DNA of 64,000 bases from Geminicoccaceae bacterium. Lineage in GTDB: Bacteria; Pseudomonadota; Alphaproteobacteria; Geminicoccales; Geminicoccaceae. Position numbers and translations under genes: made by a program. The stretch is taken from positions 34,675-98,674 of the forward strand of contig JACKIM010000003.1 of NCBI GenBank assembly GCA_020638465.1, in the 5' to 3' direction. Under the pieces are notes generated by a model. That model searched no databases. It was not told the DNA's origin and was given only the letters and a program-made list of their open reading frames with translations. This document shows positions 18,739-26,945 of the stretch, in pieces. Within the stretch, counting starts at the first letter, position 1. Every line of letters starts with the position of its first letter.

Positions 18739-20246
18739 CGCTGAAACGGAAGCTCCCGCTGGCCCTCGTCCTGGGACTCTCGGCCACCGCCGTGCAGGCC
18801 GCCGACCTGCGCATCGGCCTTCAGGACGATGCGGACATCCTTGATCCCGACCAGTCGCGGACATTCGTCGGCCGCATCGTCTACACCTCGCTGTGCGACA
18901 AGCTCGTGGACATCACTCCCGACCTCGAGATCATCCCGCAACTGGCGACCGAATGGGAATGGTCGGAGGATGGCAGGCAGCTCACCATGAAGCTGCGCGA
19001 GGGCGTCACCTTCCACGACGGCGAACCGTTCGATGCCGCTGCCGTCGCGGCCAATATCGACCGTTCGAAGACTCTCGACGAAAGCCGCCGCAAGTCGGAG
19101 GTCGCGTCGATCGAATCGACCGAGGTCATCGACGACCGCACCATCCGTTTCAACCTGAGCGCACCGGACGCCACCCTGCTGGCCCAGCTTGCCGACCGGG
19201 CGGGCATGATGATCGCCCCGAAGGCCGCCAGCGAGGCGGGTGCCGATTTCGGGCTCAAGCCGGTCTGCTCGGGGCCCTACAGGTTCAAGGAGCGCATCCA
19301 GCAGGATCGCATCGTCCTGGAGAAGTTCGACGGTTACTGGAACGCCGACGCCTTCCATTTCGATACCGTGACCTTCCTGCCCATTCCCGATACCACGGTG
19401 CGTCTCGCCAATCTGCGCGCCGGCGATCTGGACATGATCGAGCGGCTGGCGGCGACCGACCTCCAGTCGGTGAAGGACGACAGTGCGCTCGCCGTGGAGC
19501 AGGCGGTGTCGCTGGGCTACCAGGGCATCACCGTCAATGTCGCCAACGGCCCGCGCGCCGACACGCCCATCGGCAAGGACCCCCGCATCCGCCAGGCCCT
19601 GTCGCTGGCGGTGGACCGCAATGTCATCAACCAGGTCGTTTTCAACGGTGCCTTCGCCGCCGGCAACCAGCCCTTCGCACCGACCTCGCCCTGGTATGAC
19701 CAGAAGTTTCCCGTGCCCGCACGCGATGTCGCGAAGGCCAGGGCGCTTCTCGCCGAGGCGGGCTATCCCGACGGCCTGAAGATCGAGGTGCAGGTGACCA
19801 ACAATCCGGTGCAGATGCAGCTCACGCAGGTCGTGCAGGCCATGGCGTCCGAAGCCGGCATCACCATCGAACTGGTTGCCAAGGAATTCGCCACCCTGCT
19901 CAAGGACCAGACAGCGGGCGATTATACCGCCAGCCAGGTGGGCTGGTCCGGCCGGGTGGACCCCGACGGCAACATCCACCAGTTCCTGACCTGCAAGGGC
20001 GGCATCAACGACAGCAAGTACTGCAATCCCGAGATCGACAGGCTGCTCGACGAGGCCCGCGCCACCAATGACATGGACAAGCGCAAGGCCAGCTATGACG
20101 CCGCCCGCGCGATCCTCGATTCGGACCTGCCGATCATCTATCTCTACCATCCGGTATGGATCTGGGCGCTGAACGGCAGGATCGACGGGTTCGTGCCCTA
20201 TCCCGACGGCATGATCCGCCTCGAAAACGTCAGCTTCTCCGGCTGA
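18735..20246 (+). CDS. ABC transporter substrate-binding protein, family 5
   Basis: 503 aa. Signal peptide MTLKRKLPLALVLGLSATAVQA. Confidence 0.9.
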   Translation: MTLKRKLPLALVLGLSATAVQAADLRIGLQDDADILDPDQSRTFVGRIVYTSLCDKLVDITPDLEIIPQLATEWEWSEDGRQLTMKLREGVTFHDGEPFDAAAVAANIDRSKTLDESRRKSEVASIESTEVIDDRTIRFNLSAPDATLLAQLADRAGMMIAPKAASEAGADFGLKPVCSGPYRFKERIQQDRIVLEKFDGYWNADAFHFDTVTFLPIPDTTVRLANLRAGDLDMIERLAATDLQSVKDDSALAVEQAVSLGYQGITVNVANGPRADTPIGKDPRIRQALSLAVDRNVINQVVFNGAFAAGNQPFAPTSPWYDQKFPVPARDVAKARALLAEAGYPDGLKIEVQVTNNPVQMQLTQVVQAMASEAGITIELVAKEFATLLKDQTAGDYTASQVGWSGRVDPDGNIHQFLTCKGGINDSKYCNPEIDRLLDEARATNDMDKRKASYDAARAILDSDLPIIYLYHPVWIWALNGRIDGFVPYPDGMIRLENVSFSG

Positions 20247-20262
20247 TGCGACGGAATGACGG

Positions 20263-20290
20263 GGCCCGGCGGGCGATACCGCGCCGGGCC
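20263..20290 (+). other. Intercistronic GC-rich stem-loop after the SBP gene
   Basis: GGCCCGGCG - 10-nt loop - CGCCGGGCC, a perfect 9-bp stem, between the SBP stop (20246) and the permease start (20299). Confidence 0.5.
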
Positions 20291-20298
20291 GCCATGCC

Positions 20299-21243
20299 AT
20301 GACCGGTTTCCTTGTCCGCCGCCTGCTGGTCGCGATTCCGACCATCCTGCTGATCTCGGTCTTCGTCTTCGGCCTCCAGAAGCTGCTGCCGGGCGATCCC
20401 GTGCTGGCGATGGCCGGCGAGGAGCGCGACCCGGCCACCCTCGATTTCCTGCGGGAAAAGTACCGCCTGAACGATCCGATCCCGGTCCAGTATGTCCACT
20501 GGATCGGCAATGCCGTGCAGGGCGATCTGGGGGTGTCGCTGCGCACCCGCCAGCCGGTCGGCGAGCTGATCGGCCAGAAGCTGCCCGTCACCGTGCAGCT
20601 GGCGGTCATGGCGCTGGTCATAGCCCTGGCCATCGGCATTCCCGCCGGCATCGTCTCGGCCTACCGCAAGGGAACCTGGGTCGACTGGCTTGCCAACGTC
20701 GTGGCCCTTTCCGGCCTGTCGGTGCCCAATTTCTGGCTGGGCATCATGCTCATCCTGCTGGTCTCCGTCCGCCTCGGCTGGCTGCCGGCCTCGGGCTATA
20801 CCTCGTTCGCCGAGGATCCCCTGCGCTCGATCGAGACCATGCTGATGCCCGCCTTCGTGCTCGGTACCGGGCTCGCCGCCACGCTGATGCGCCACACCCG
20901 TTCGGCGATGCTGGGCGTCCTGCGCTCGGACTACATCCGCACCGCACGGGCCAAGGGGCTGGGGGAGAACGTGGTCGTCATCAAGCATGCGCTGCGCAAC
21001 GCGCTGGTCCCCATCGTCACCATCACCACGCTGCTGTTCGGCGAACTGCTCGGCGGCGCGGTGCTCACCGAGCAGATCTTCACCATTCCCGGCTTCGGCA
21101 AGCTGGTCGTCGATGCCGTCTTCACCCGCGACTATGCCGTCGTCCAGGGCATCGTCCTTTGCACCGGCATCGCCTTCATCCTGCTCAACATCCTCGCCGA
21201 TGCCATCTACCGCCTGCTCAACCCGCGCATGGAGGATGGATGA
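20299..21243 (+). CDS. ABC transporter permease (DppB type)
   Basis: 314 aa, polytopic, C-terminus DAIYRLLNPRM. Confidence 0.9.
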   Translation: MTGFLVRRLLVAIPTILLISVFVFGLQKLLPGDPVLAMAGEERDPATLDFLREKYRLNDPIPVQYVHWIGNAVQGDLGVSLRTRQPVGELIGQKLPVTVQLAVMALVIALAIGIPAGIVSAYRKGTWVDWLANVVALSGLSVPNFWLGIMLILLVSVRLGWLPASGYTSFAEDPLRSIETMLMPAFVLGTGLAATLMRHTRSAMLGVLRSDYIRTARAKGLGENVVVIKHALRNALVPIVTITTLLFGELLGGAVLTEQIFTIPGFGKLVVDAVFTRDYAVVQGIVLCTGIAFILLNILADAIYRLLNPRMEDG

Positions 21244-22109
21244 ACGCCGCCGCCACCGCCACCGACCAGGCCGAACCGCGCCAGCCCAATCGTGTCTGGC
21301 GCAAGTTCAAGCACAACCCCTCGGCCATCCTCGGTGCCCTGCTCGTCCTGTTCTTCGTCGCCGTGGCCGTCCTCGCCCCGGTCCTGCCCGTGGCGGACCC
21401 GACGGCGACCGACTGGGGCGCGGTGCGCAAGGCGCCGGATGCCGTTCACCTCCTCGGGACGGACGAGATCGGCCGCGACATCCTCTCGCGCATGATCTGG
21501 GGGGCCCGCGCGTCATTGCTCGCCGGTGTCGTTTCGGTGGCGATCGCCATGATCCTGGGCGTGCCGTTCGGCGTGCTGGCGGGCTATCTGCGCGGCTGGA
21601 CCGACATGGCCATAAGCCGTGTCACCGAGGCCCTGCTGGCCGCCCCCTTCCTCATCCTTGCCATTGCCCTTGCCGCGTTCCTCGGTCCCTCGCTGATGAA
21701 TGCCATGCTCGCCATCGGTCTCTCGGCCATGCCGATCTTCATCCGCATCGCCCGCGGCCAGACCATGTCGGTGATGACCGAGGACTATGTCGAGAGCGCC
21801 CATGCCATCGGCCTGGGCCACGGCGCCATCGTCGCCCGCTACATCCTGCCGAACATCGTCCCGCCCCTGCTGGTCCAGGCCACGCTCACGATTGCCACGG
21901 CCATCATCGCCGAGGCTTCCCTCTCCTTTCTCGGTCTCGGACAGCAGCCGCCGGCACCCTCGTGGGGCTCCATGCTCAACACGGCGAAGAACTTCCTCGA
22001 CCAGGCGCCGTGGATGGCGCTCTGGCCCGGTCTCGCCATCTTTCTCGTCGTCCTCGGCTTCAATCTCCTTGGCGACGGGCTCCGCGACGCCCTCGACCCG
22101 CGCGAATAG
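21240..22109 (+). CDS. ABC transporter permease (DppC type)
   Basis: Track ORF 20256..22109 trimmed to MNAAATATDQ at 21240 (ATGA overlap). Polytopic. Confidence 0.9.
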   Translation: MNAAATATDQAEPRQPNRVWRKFKHNPSAILGALLVLFFVAVAVLAPVLPVADPTATDWGAVRKAPDAVHLLGTDEIGRDILSRMIWGARASLLAGVVSVAIAMILGVPFGVLAGYLRGWTDMAISRVTEALLAAPFLILAIALAAFLGPSLMNAMLAIGLSAMPIFIRIARGQTMSVMTEDYVESAHAIGLGHGAIVARYILPNIVPPLLVQATLTIATAIIAEASLSFLGLGQQPPAPSWGSMLNTAKNFLDQAPWMALWPGLAIFLVVLGFNLLGDGLRDALDPRE

Positions 22110-22169
22110 AGGGGCGCGAAATACCTTCGATTTTCGTCGAATTTTAGGGATCGGGGCCGGTTCGGCCGG

Positions 22170-22892
22170 TCAGGCGGGGGCGTCGCGAAGAAAGGACGTG
22201 CCGTCGGCTGTGGAATTGTCCGGCGGTGCGGGAACCGTCCCGGCCGCCGGGGCGTGGGCTGCTTTCGCCGCGTCGCGTTCCGCCGACAGTGCCGTGCCGG
22301 CGGCCAGCAGCAGGGCGTGAATGTGGCCGGTCAGCCTGCACAGGAGACGGCGGCGGCCGCGGGCACGTTGCAGCGCCGTCTGGTGCTCCGGGTCCTGCCG
22401 CAGTTCGCGGATGCGTTCGGTTGACGGCACGGGATGTTCCCCGGTGCGGGAACGCGATCGCGCAGGTTGATCCATCCGCCGCAGCACGCTGTCCAGCAGG
22501 GCCTCCAGCGGGCGATAGCCGCGCTTCTGGGTTGCCCAGCGCAGCCATTCCAGCTCGTCACGGTTGTCCTCGCCGGCGAAGTGGAACAGGTGCTGGCACA
22601 GTTCGGCAAACCACGGGCGCGCCCGGTCGGCGAGGAAGGCGCGCAGCCCGTCGCGGCCATCGGCGGCGAGGCATTCGAGCGCCATGATCAGTGTCCGGAC
22701 GGTCTCCGGGAGGAGCCGGTCATCGCCGGGCGGGTCCATGTCGCGACAGCCCGCCACCTCCGGTTCCGCCTGCCGCCCGGTGGCCCGCAGCCAGGCGAAC
22801 CGCAACAGTCGTGCCAACCCCCAACGCGAGATCCGCCGCGCCAGCCTCAACGGACGCGTCATGGAATCTGCAGGTGTGGGGTTGGTCGACAT
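22170..22892 (-). CDS. Hypothetical Arg-rich protein, paralogue of 61452..62228
   Basis: Track ORF 22170..23075 trimmed to MSTNPTPADSMTRPLRLARRISRWG at 22892, because the upstream part is low-GC and the paralogue starts at the equivalent residue. I recognised no known domain. Confidence 0.6.
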   Translation of the reverse strand: MSTNPTPADSMTRPLRLARRISRWGLARLLRFAWLRATGRQAEPEVAGCRDMDPPGDDRLLPETVRTLIMALECLAADGRDGLRAFLADRARPWFAELCQHLFHFAGEDNRDELEWLRWATQKRGYRPLEALLDSVLRRMDQPARSRSRTGEHPVPSTERIRELRQDPEHQTALQRARGRRRLLCRLTGHIHALLLAAGTALSAERDAAKAAHAPAAGTVPAPPDNSTADGTSFLRDAPA

Positions 22893-23092
22893 GCCTTCGA
22901 TTCTGCCATGGGTAACATGGAATGTAAAGGAAATTATTCCTTTTATGAATGACGGAAACAATGTCTTCTGGACCCGGAGCGGAGGAAAGGCCGGACCACT
23001 TGCGTGAAATACCTGTATGAACGACCTTCCCGCAGGTGGATTGTTTCCTTGACCAATGCGCTGACATGACTGCAAAAAGCGTTGTCAGTGGA

Positions 23093-23117
23093 GGAACCGT
23101 CCCCAATTTAAACCGTT
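23093..23117 (+). promoter_or_regulatory. EcfG-type (general stress response) promoter GGAAC-N16-CGTT
   Basis: GGAAC (23093-23097), 16-nt spacer cgtccccaatttaaac, CGTT (23114-23117). It lies 35-80 nt upstream of the NepR-like ORF. Confidence 0.65.
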
Positions 23118-23196
23118 AAGCAGGGAACGTACCTCGTCCAGATCTTCAACCATGCGGGACACACGGATCCGATATCCGAGGGACAACCAGACGGCG

Positions 23197-23427
23197 ATGC
23201 ACAAGGCACGGTTCTCACCCCGTCTCAATCCAAACGACCTACCGGACAGCGACTGTCTTTTCGACCGGTGGCTGACGCGGCAGTTCCGCACACTGCATGG
23301 TCCCGGCGAAAGGGACCCCCTCCCCGAACGGCTGCAGAAACTTGTCGATGCCTTTCCATCGCGCGATGACGACACGTGCTGCCACGGCAAAGGACATTAC
23401 GGCCAGCGGGAAAAACCGGACTGCTGA
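23197..23427 (+). CDS. NepR-like anti-sigma factor (small protein)
   Basis: Track ORF 23152..23427. Core LTRQFRTLHGPGERDPLPERLQKLVDAF fits the NepR pattern (L.R..Y......EP[LIV]P..[LF]..LL..L). GC3-rich codon usage. The start could be 23152 or 23197. Confidence 0.55.
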   Translation: MHKARFSPRLNPNDLPDSDCLFDRWLTRQFRTLHGPGERDPLPERLQKLVDAFPSRDDDTCCHGKGHYGQREKPDC

Positions 23428-23600
23428 CAGGTCGGGCCGAAACATTTCTCCCCCGAAGTGGACGTGAACAGGACAGATTACCCATATCGGGTCTGCAACC
23501 TGAATGTCGCACCTTTTGTCACAAAAAGATATTTGCAGATTGGTATTACCAGTTCAGAGTATTGTGCATATGTGAAATAAATGTCGTTTGGGGGAATGTC

Positions 23601-24209
23601 ATGTCGGTTTGTCGCGATGATGTCGTCGCATTGATGCCGGACTTGCGCGCGTTCGCCAGAAGCCTCGTTTCGGGAAACAATGCGCTGGCCGACGATCTCG
23701 TGCAGGATACGCTGGTCAATGCCCTCCAGGCCCAGGACCAGTTCGAGGAGGGAAGCAACCTGCGCGGCTGGCTGTTCACGATTCTCCGCAATCGCTTCTT
23801 CAGCCTGCGCGCCCGGAAATACGTCACCTCCGAAATCGGCACCGACAACCTCGAAGCCCTTGCCTGGGTGGCACCGGAGCAGGAAAGCAGGATCGAAGTC
23901 ATCGCATTCAAACGGGCCTTTGCCGCCCTCGGTTCGAGCCATCGCGAGGTGCTGGTGCTGGCCATCGTCCAGGGCCTGCCCTATGAGGAGGTGGCCCGGA
24001 TATGCCGTTGCGAGGTCGGAACGGTCAAGAGCCGGATCAACCGTGCCCGCAAGCGGCTGCGCGACCTCCTGTTCGATGGCGGGCATGACCGACGGATGTC
24101 CGACTCCGCGGCGCAGGCAGGCCCCCCGGTAGCCGACCGGCGCAAGGTGGTGACCGTCATGCCCGACCGCTTGTCCCCCGTGCCCGAACCGGTCCAGCCG
24201 GCAGACTGA
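23601..24209 (+). CDS. ECF-type RNA polymerase sigma factor (EcfG-like)
   Basis: Track ORF trimmed to MSVCRDDVVALMPDLRAFARSL at 23601 (SD gggggaa). Region 2: DDLVQDTLVNAL and LRGWLFTILRNRFFS. Region 4: PYEEVARICRCEVGTVKSRINRARKRL. About 45-aa tail beyond region 4. Confidence 0.9.
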   Translation: MSVCRDDVVALMPDLRAFARSLVSGNNALADDLVQDTLVNALQAQDQFEEGSNLRGWLFTILRNRFFSLRARKYVTSEIGTDNLEALAWVAPEQESRIEVIAFKRAFAALGSSHREVLVLAIVQGLPYEEVARICRCEVGTVKSRINRARKRLRDLLFDGGHDRRMSDSAAQAGPPVADRRKVVTVMPDRLSPVPEPVQPAD

Positions 24210-24335
24210 GGCTCCCGGACAGCCATCCGGTCGGGATTTCCTCAACAGGGAGGAAATCATGTGTCATGTTCGGTTTGCGGAACCGAATGGCGCCATCGGC
24301 ATTCCGGGGCGACCGATGAAACGGAGGCATCATAT

Positions 24336-25202
24336 TTGGCACCCGGAAAGCCCCTGCTGCAACGCATCCTCGATGCCTATGGCGACATGCCGCGGGGCGA
24401 ACGCCGGCTTGCCGACCTGCTGCTCGCCAATGCGGCGGCGATCGTCGAGCGCAATGCGACGGAACTCGCCGCTTCGGTCGGCATCTCCAAGGCGACGGCC
24501 GCGCGCTTTTTCCGCCGCCTCGACTATCCCAGCTTCCGCGCGGCGCAGGCGGACGTTCGCGGACAAGGGTTCGGCCATCCACCGCTGGACTACAGCGAAC
24601 GTTTCCCCCACCTCGGCGGCCGGCGACCGGAACTGAGCCAGCATCTCGAATCCGAAACGGCCAACCTGATCAAGACCATCGAGCAGCAGCGCCCCGACGA
24701 GCTCGCCCGTGCCGTTCGGCTCATGGCGCGGGCCGAAAAGCTGTGGGTGGTGGGCTTCGGCGACAACTATCCGCTGGCCCATCTCGCCCGCGCCCAACTC
24801 ATCAAGATCCGCAGCGACATCCGAATGTTGCCCATCGGCGGCTTTTCCATGCCCGAGGAATTCGCATCGATCACCGCCAATGACGTGATGCTCGCCCTCG
24901 GCGTCGGCCGCCGCACGCGCGCTCTCCGCTACGTCGTCACCGGGGCGATCCAGGCCGGCGCGCGCGTGATCTACCTCACCGACAGCAGCGGCCTCGACCG
25001 TCCGGGTGACGGCAGCATGGTGCTGCGTTGCCGCAATACCAGCCCGACGCTGTTCGACTCGCCGACCGCCGCGGTGAGCCTCATCCATTACCTGTGCAGC
25101 ACGCTGGCCGCCCTGCTCGGCGAGAGCACGATCAGCCGTCTTCGCCGGATCGACGACATCCATCACAGTTGGGGTGTCGTCGACGAATTGCCGGTCAACT
25201 GA
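24336..25202 (+). CDS. MurR/RpiR family transcriptional regulator (HTH + SIS domain)
   Basis: HTH ATELAASVGISKATAARFFRRLDY and SIS-type LWVVGFGDNYPLA. TTG at 24336 has GGAGG 8 nt upstream. The longest ORF starts at GTG 24261. Confidence 0.85.
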   Translation: MAPGKPLLQRILDAYGDMPRGERRLADLLLANAAAIVERNATELAASVGISKATAARFFRRLDYPSFRAAQADVRGQGFGHPPLDYSERFPHLGGRRPELSQHLESETANLIKTIEQQRPDELARAVRLMARAEKLWVVGFGDNYPLAHLARAQLIKIRSDIRMLPIGGFSMPEEFASITANDVMLALGVGRRTRALRYVVTGAIQAGARVIYLTDSSGLDRPGDGSMVLRCRNTSPTLFDSPTAAVSLIHYLCSTLAALLGESTISRLRRIDDIHHSWGVVDELPVN

Positions 25203-25246
25203 CCGTTCACGGTTGGCGACTGGCTTCTCCGGTGGCGTGCTGATTG

Positions 25247-25282
25247 TTTCATTTATGAAATTCGACATTCGATTTCTGAAAT
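25247..25282. promoter_or_regulatory. Cluster of overlapping GAAAT/ATTTC palindromes (candidate operator)
   Basis: TTTCAT-TT-ATGAAA (25247-25260), imperfect GAAATTCGA-CAT-TCGATTTC (25257-25276) and ATTTC-T-GAAAT (25272-25282), in an AT-rich gap between the RpiR gene and the SBP gene. Confidence 0.4.
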
Positions 25283-25373
25283 TTCCTTGACCCGATCTCC
25301 CGTGCGCCTTCCCATCCTCGCGTACCCTTGCCCGGTTCCACGCCGGGCCCCTTGAACCCGGGGAAGGACGCAG

Positions 25374-26927
25374 ATGACCGAACACAAGAACAGCATCAAG
25401 CTTGCCGGAGCGGGGCTGGCCTGCGGTCTCATGGCGAGCACGGCCATGGCACAGGAGGTCAACTGGGCGCGTTACGGCGACATCGATTCGCTCGACCCCC
25501 ATCGTGCCACCTCGACGCTGTCCATGCAGGTCTGGGACCAGATCTACGAGACCCTGCTGGCATTCGACATGGACGGCAATCCCCAGCCGCACATCGCGAA
25601 GAGCTGGGAAATCAGCGATGACGGGCTCGAATACACCTTCGCGCTGCAGGACGGTGTCCTGTGCCATGACGGCACCCCGTTCGACGCCAACGACGTCAAG
25701 TTCACCGTCGACCGCGCGTTCGACGAAGGCAATCCGAGCCTGACGAAGACCAGCTGGGGCCCGGTCTCCAGTGTCGAGGTGATCGACGATCTCACGGTCA
25801 AGTTCACCTTCGAGAGCCGCTTCGGACCGTTCCTGCCATTCCTCGCCGACAGCTTCTCCTCGATGGTCTGCGATTCCAACGATCCCGCGACCTTCGGCAG
25901 TTCGACCGGGATCGGTGCCGGACCGTTCAAGCTGGTGGAATGGATCAAGGGTGACCGGGTCATCCTGGAAAAGAATCCCGATTACACGAATTTCGGACGT
26001 CCCTTCGACAACAAGGGACCTGTCCAGTTCGACAGGCTGGTCATCTCCACCGTGCCGGAAGCGCAGACCCGGCTTGCGGGCCTCCAGACCGGCGAGATCC
26101 AGGTCGCCGAGCCCCCCTTTGACGATGTGGCCGCCATCCGCGATTCCGGCGAGCTCGACATCATCGTCGCCGACAACACCGGGCAGAACGTGTTCTGGGA
26201 GTTCGCGGTCCATCGCCCGCCCTTCGACGACATCCGCGCACGGCAGGCCGTGGCCTATGCCACCGATCCGCAGATGGCGATCGACATCATCTATGGAGAC
26301 CTGAGCCAGCGGGAATGGTGCCCGATCGCACGCGGCGTGTTCGGCAACGACCAGGATTTCTGCAGGCAGTACGGCTACGAGTACAATCCGGAAAAGGCGA
26401 AGGAACTCCTCGGGGAACTGGGCTATGGCCCGGACAATCCGTTGGAGACGACGATGTTCGTGTGGACCGGCGGAAATCGTCACAAACTGGCGGAAATCTT
26501 CCAGAACCAGCTTTCTCAGGTTGGTATCAATGCCGGTATCGAGATCATGGACATCGGAACCATGAATGCGCGGGTGAAGGAGCAGAACGAGATCACCGAT
26601 CCGTCGACTCCGGGGACCTTCGACATGATGACATGGTCCTGGTACGATCCGGATATCCTCTATGCCCTGTGGCACAGCCCCGGCGCCTATTCGGGTTATT
26701 CGACCCCCGAACTCGACCGGCTGCTTGAGGAAACCCGCACGACCATCGACCCGCAGGCACGACTGGAAAAGGTGCAGGCCGTCATCAGGGACCTGATGGA
26801 GAATGCCGTCCATGTCGGACTCTACACACCGGGATGGGAATGGGTGTTCGCGGTGAGGCCGGAAGTCTCGGGCTTCAAGGTCGGCCCCTTCCTGCATCCG
26901 ATGTTCAACGACGTCGTCGTCAAGTAG
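25374..26927 (+). CDS. ABC transporter substrate-binding protein, family 5
   Basis: 517 aa. Signal peptide KLAGAGLACGLMASTAMA. Confidence 0.9.
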   Translation: MTEHKNSIKLAGAGLACGLMASTAMAQEVNWARYGDIDSLDPHRATSTLSMQVWDQIYETLLAFDMDGNPQPHIAKSWEISDDGLEYTFALQDGVLCHDGTPFDANDVKFTVDRAFDEGNPSLTKTSWGPVSSVEVIDDLTVKFTFESRFGPFLPFLADSFSSMVCDSNDPATFGSSTGIGAGPFKLVEWIKGDRVILEKNPDYTNFGRPFDNKGPVQFDRLVISTVPEAQTRLAGLQTGEIQVAEPPFDDVAAIRDSGELDIIVADNTGQNVFWEFAVHRPPFDDIRARQAVAYATDPQMAIDIIYGDLSQREWCPIARGVFGNDQDFCRQYGYEYNPEKAKELLGELGYGPDNPLETTMFVWTGGNRHKLAEIFQNQLSQVGINAGIEIMDIGTMNARVKEQNEITDPSTPGTFDMMTWSWYDPDILYALWHSPGAYSGYSTPELDRLLEETRTTIDPQARLEKVQAVIRDLMENAVHVGLYTPGWEWVFAVRPEVSGFKVGPFLHPMFNDVVVK

Positions 26928-26945
26928 GAAACGGGAGCGAGGGCG

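Noticed and set aside
22126-22145. Possible intrinsic terminator TTCGA-ttttcg-TCGAA-TTTT after the second ABC operon
   Set aside because: The stem is only 5 bp and AT-rich. It is too weak to call without 3'-end data.
24337-24351. TGGCACCCGGAAAGC, a -24/-12-like sequence
   Set aside because: It overlaps the predicted TTG start (24336) of the RpiR gene and lies inside the longer 24261 ORF. The -12 element is AAGC rather than TTGC, and no suitable downstream target gene is evident.
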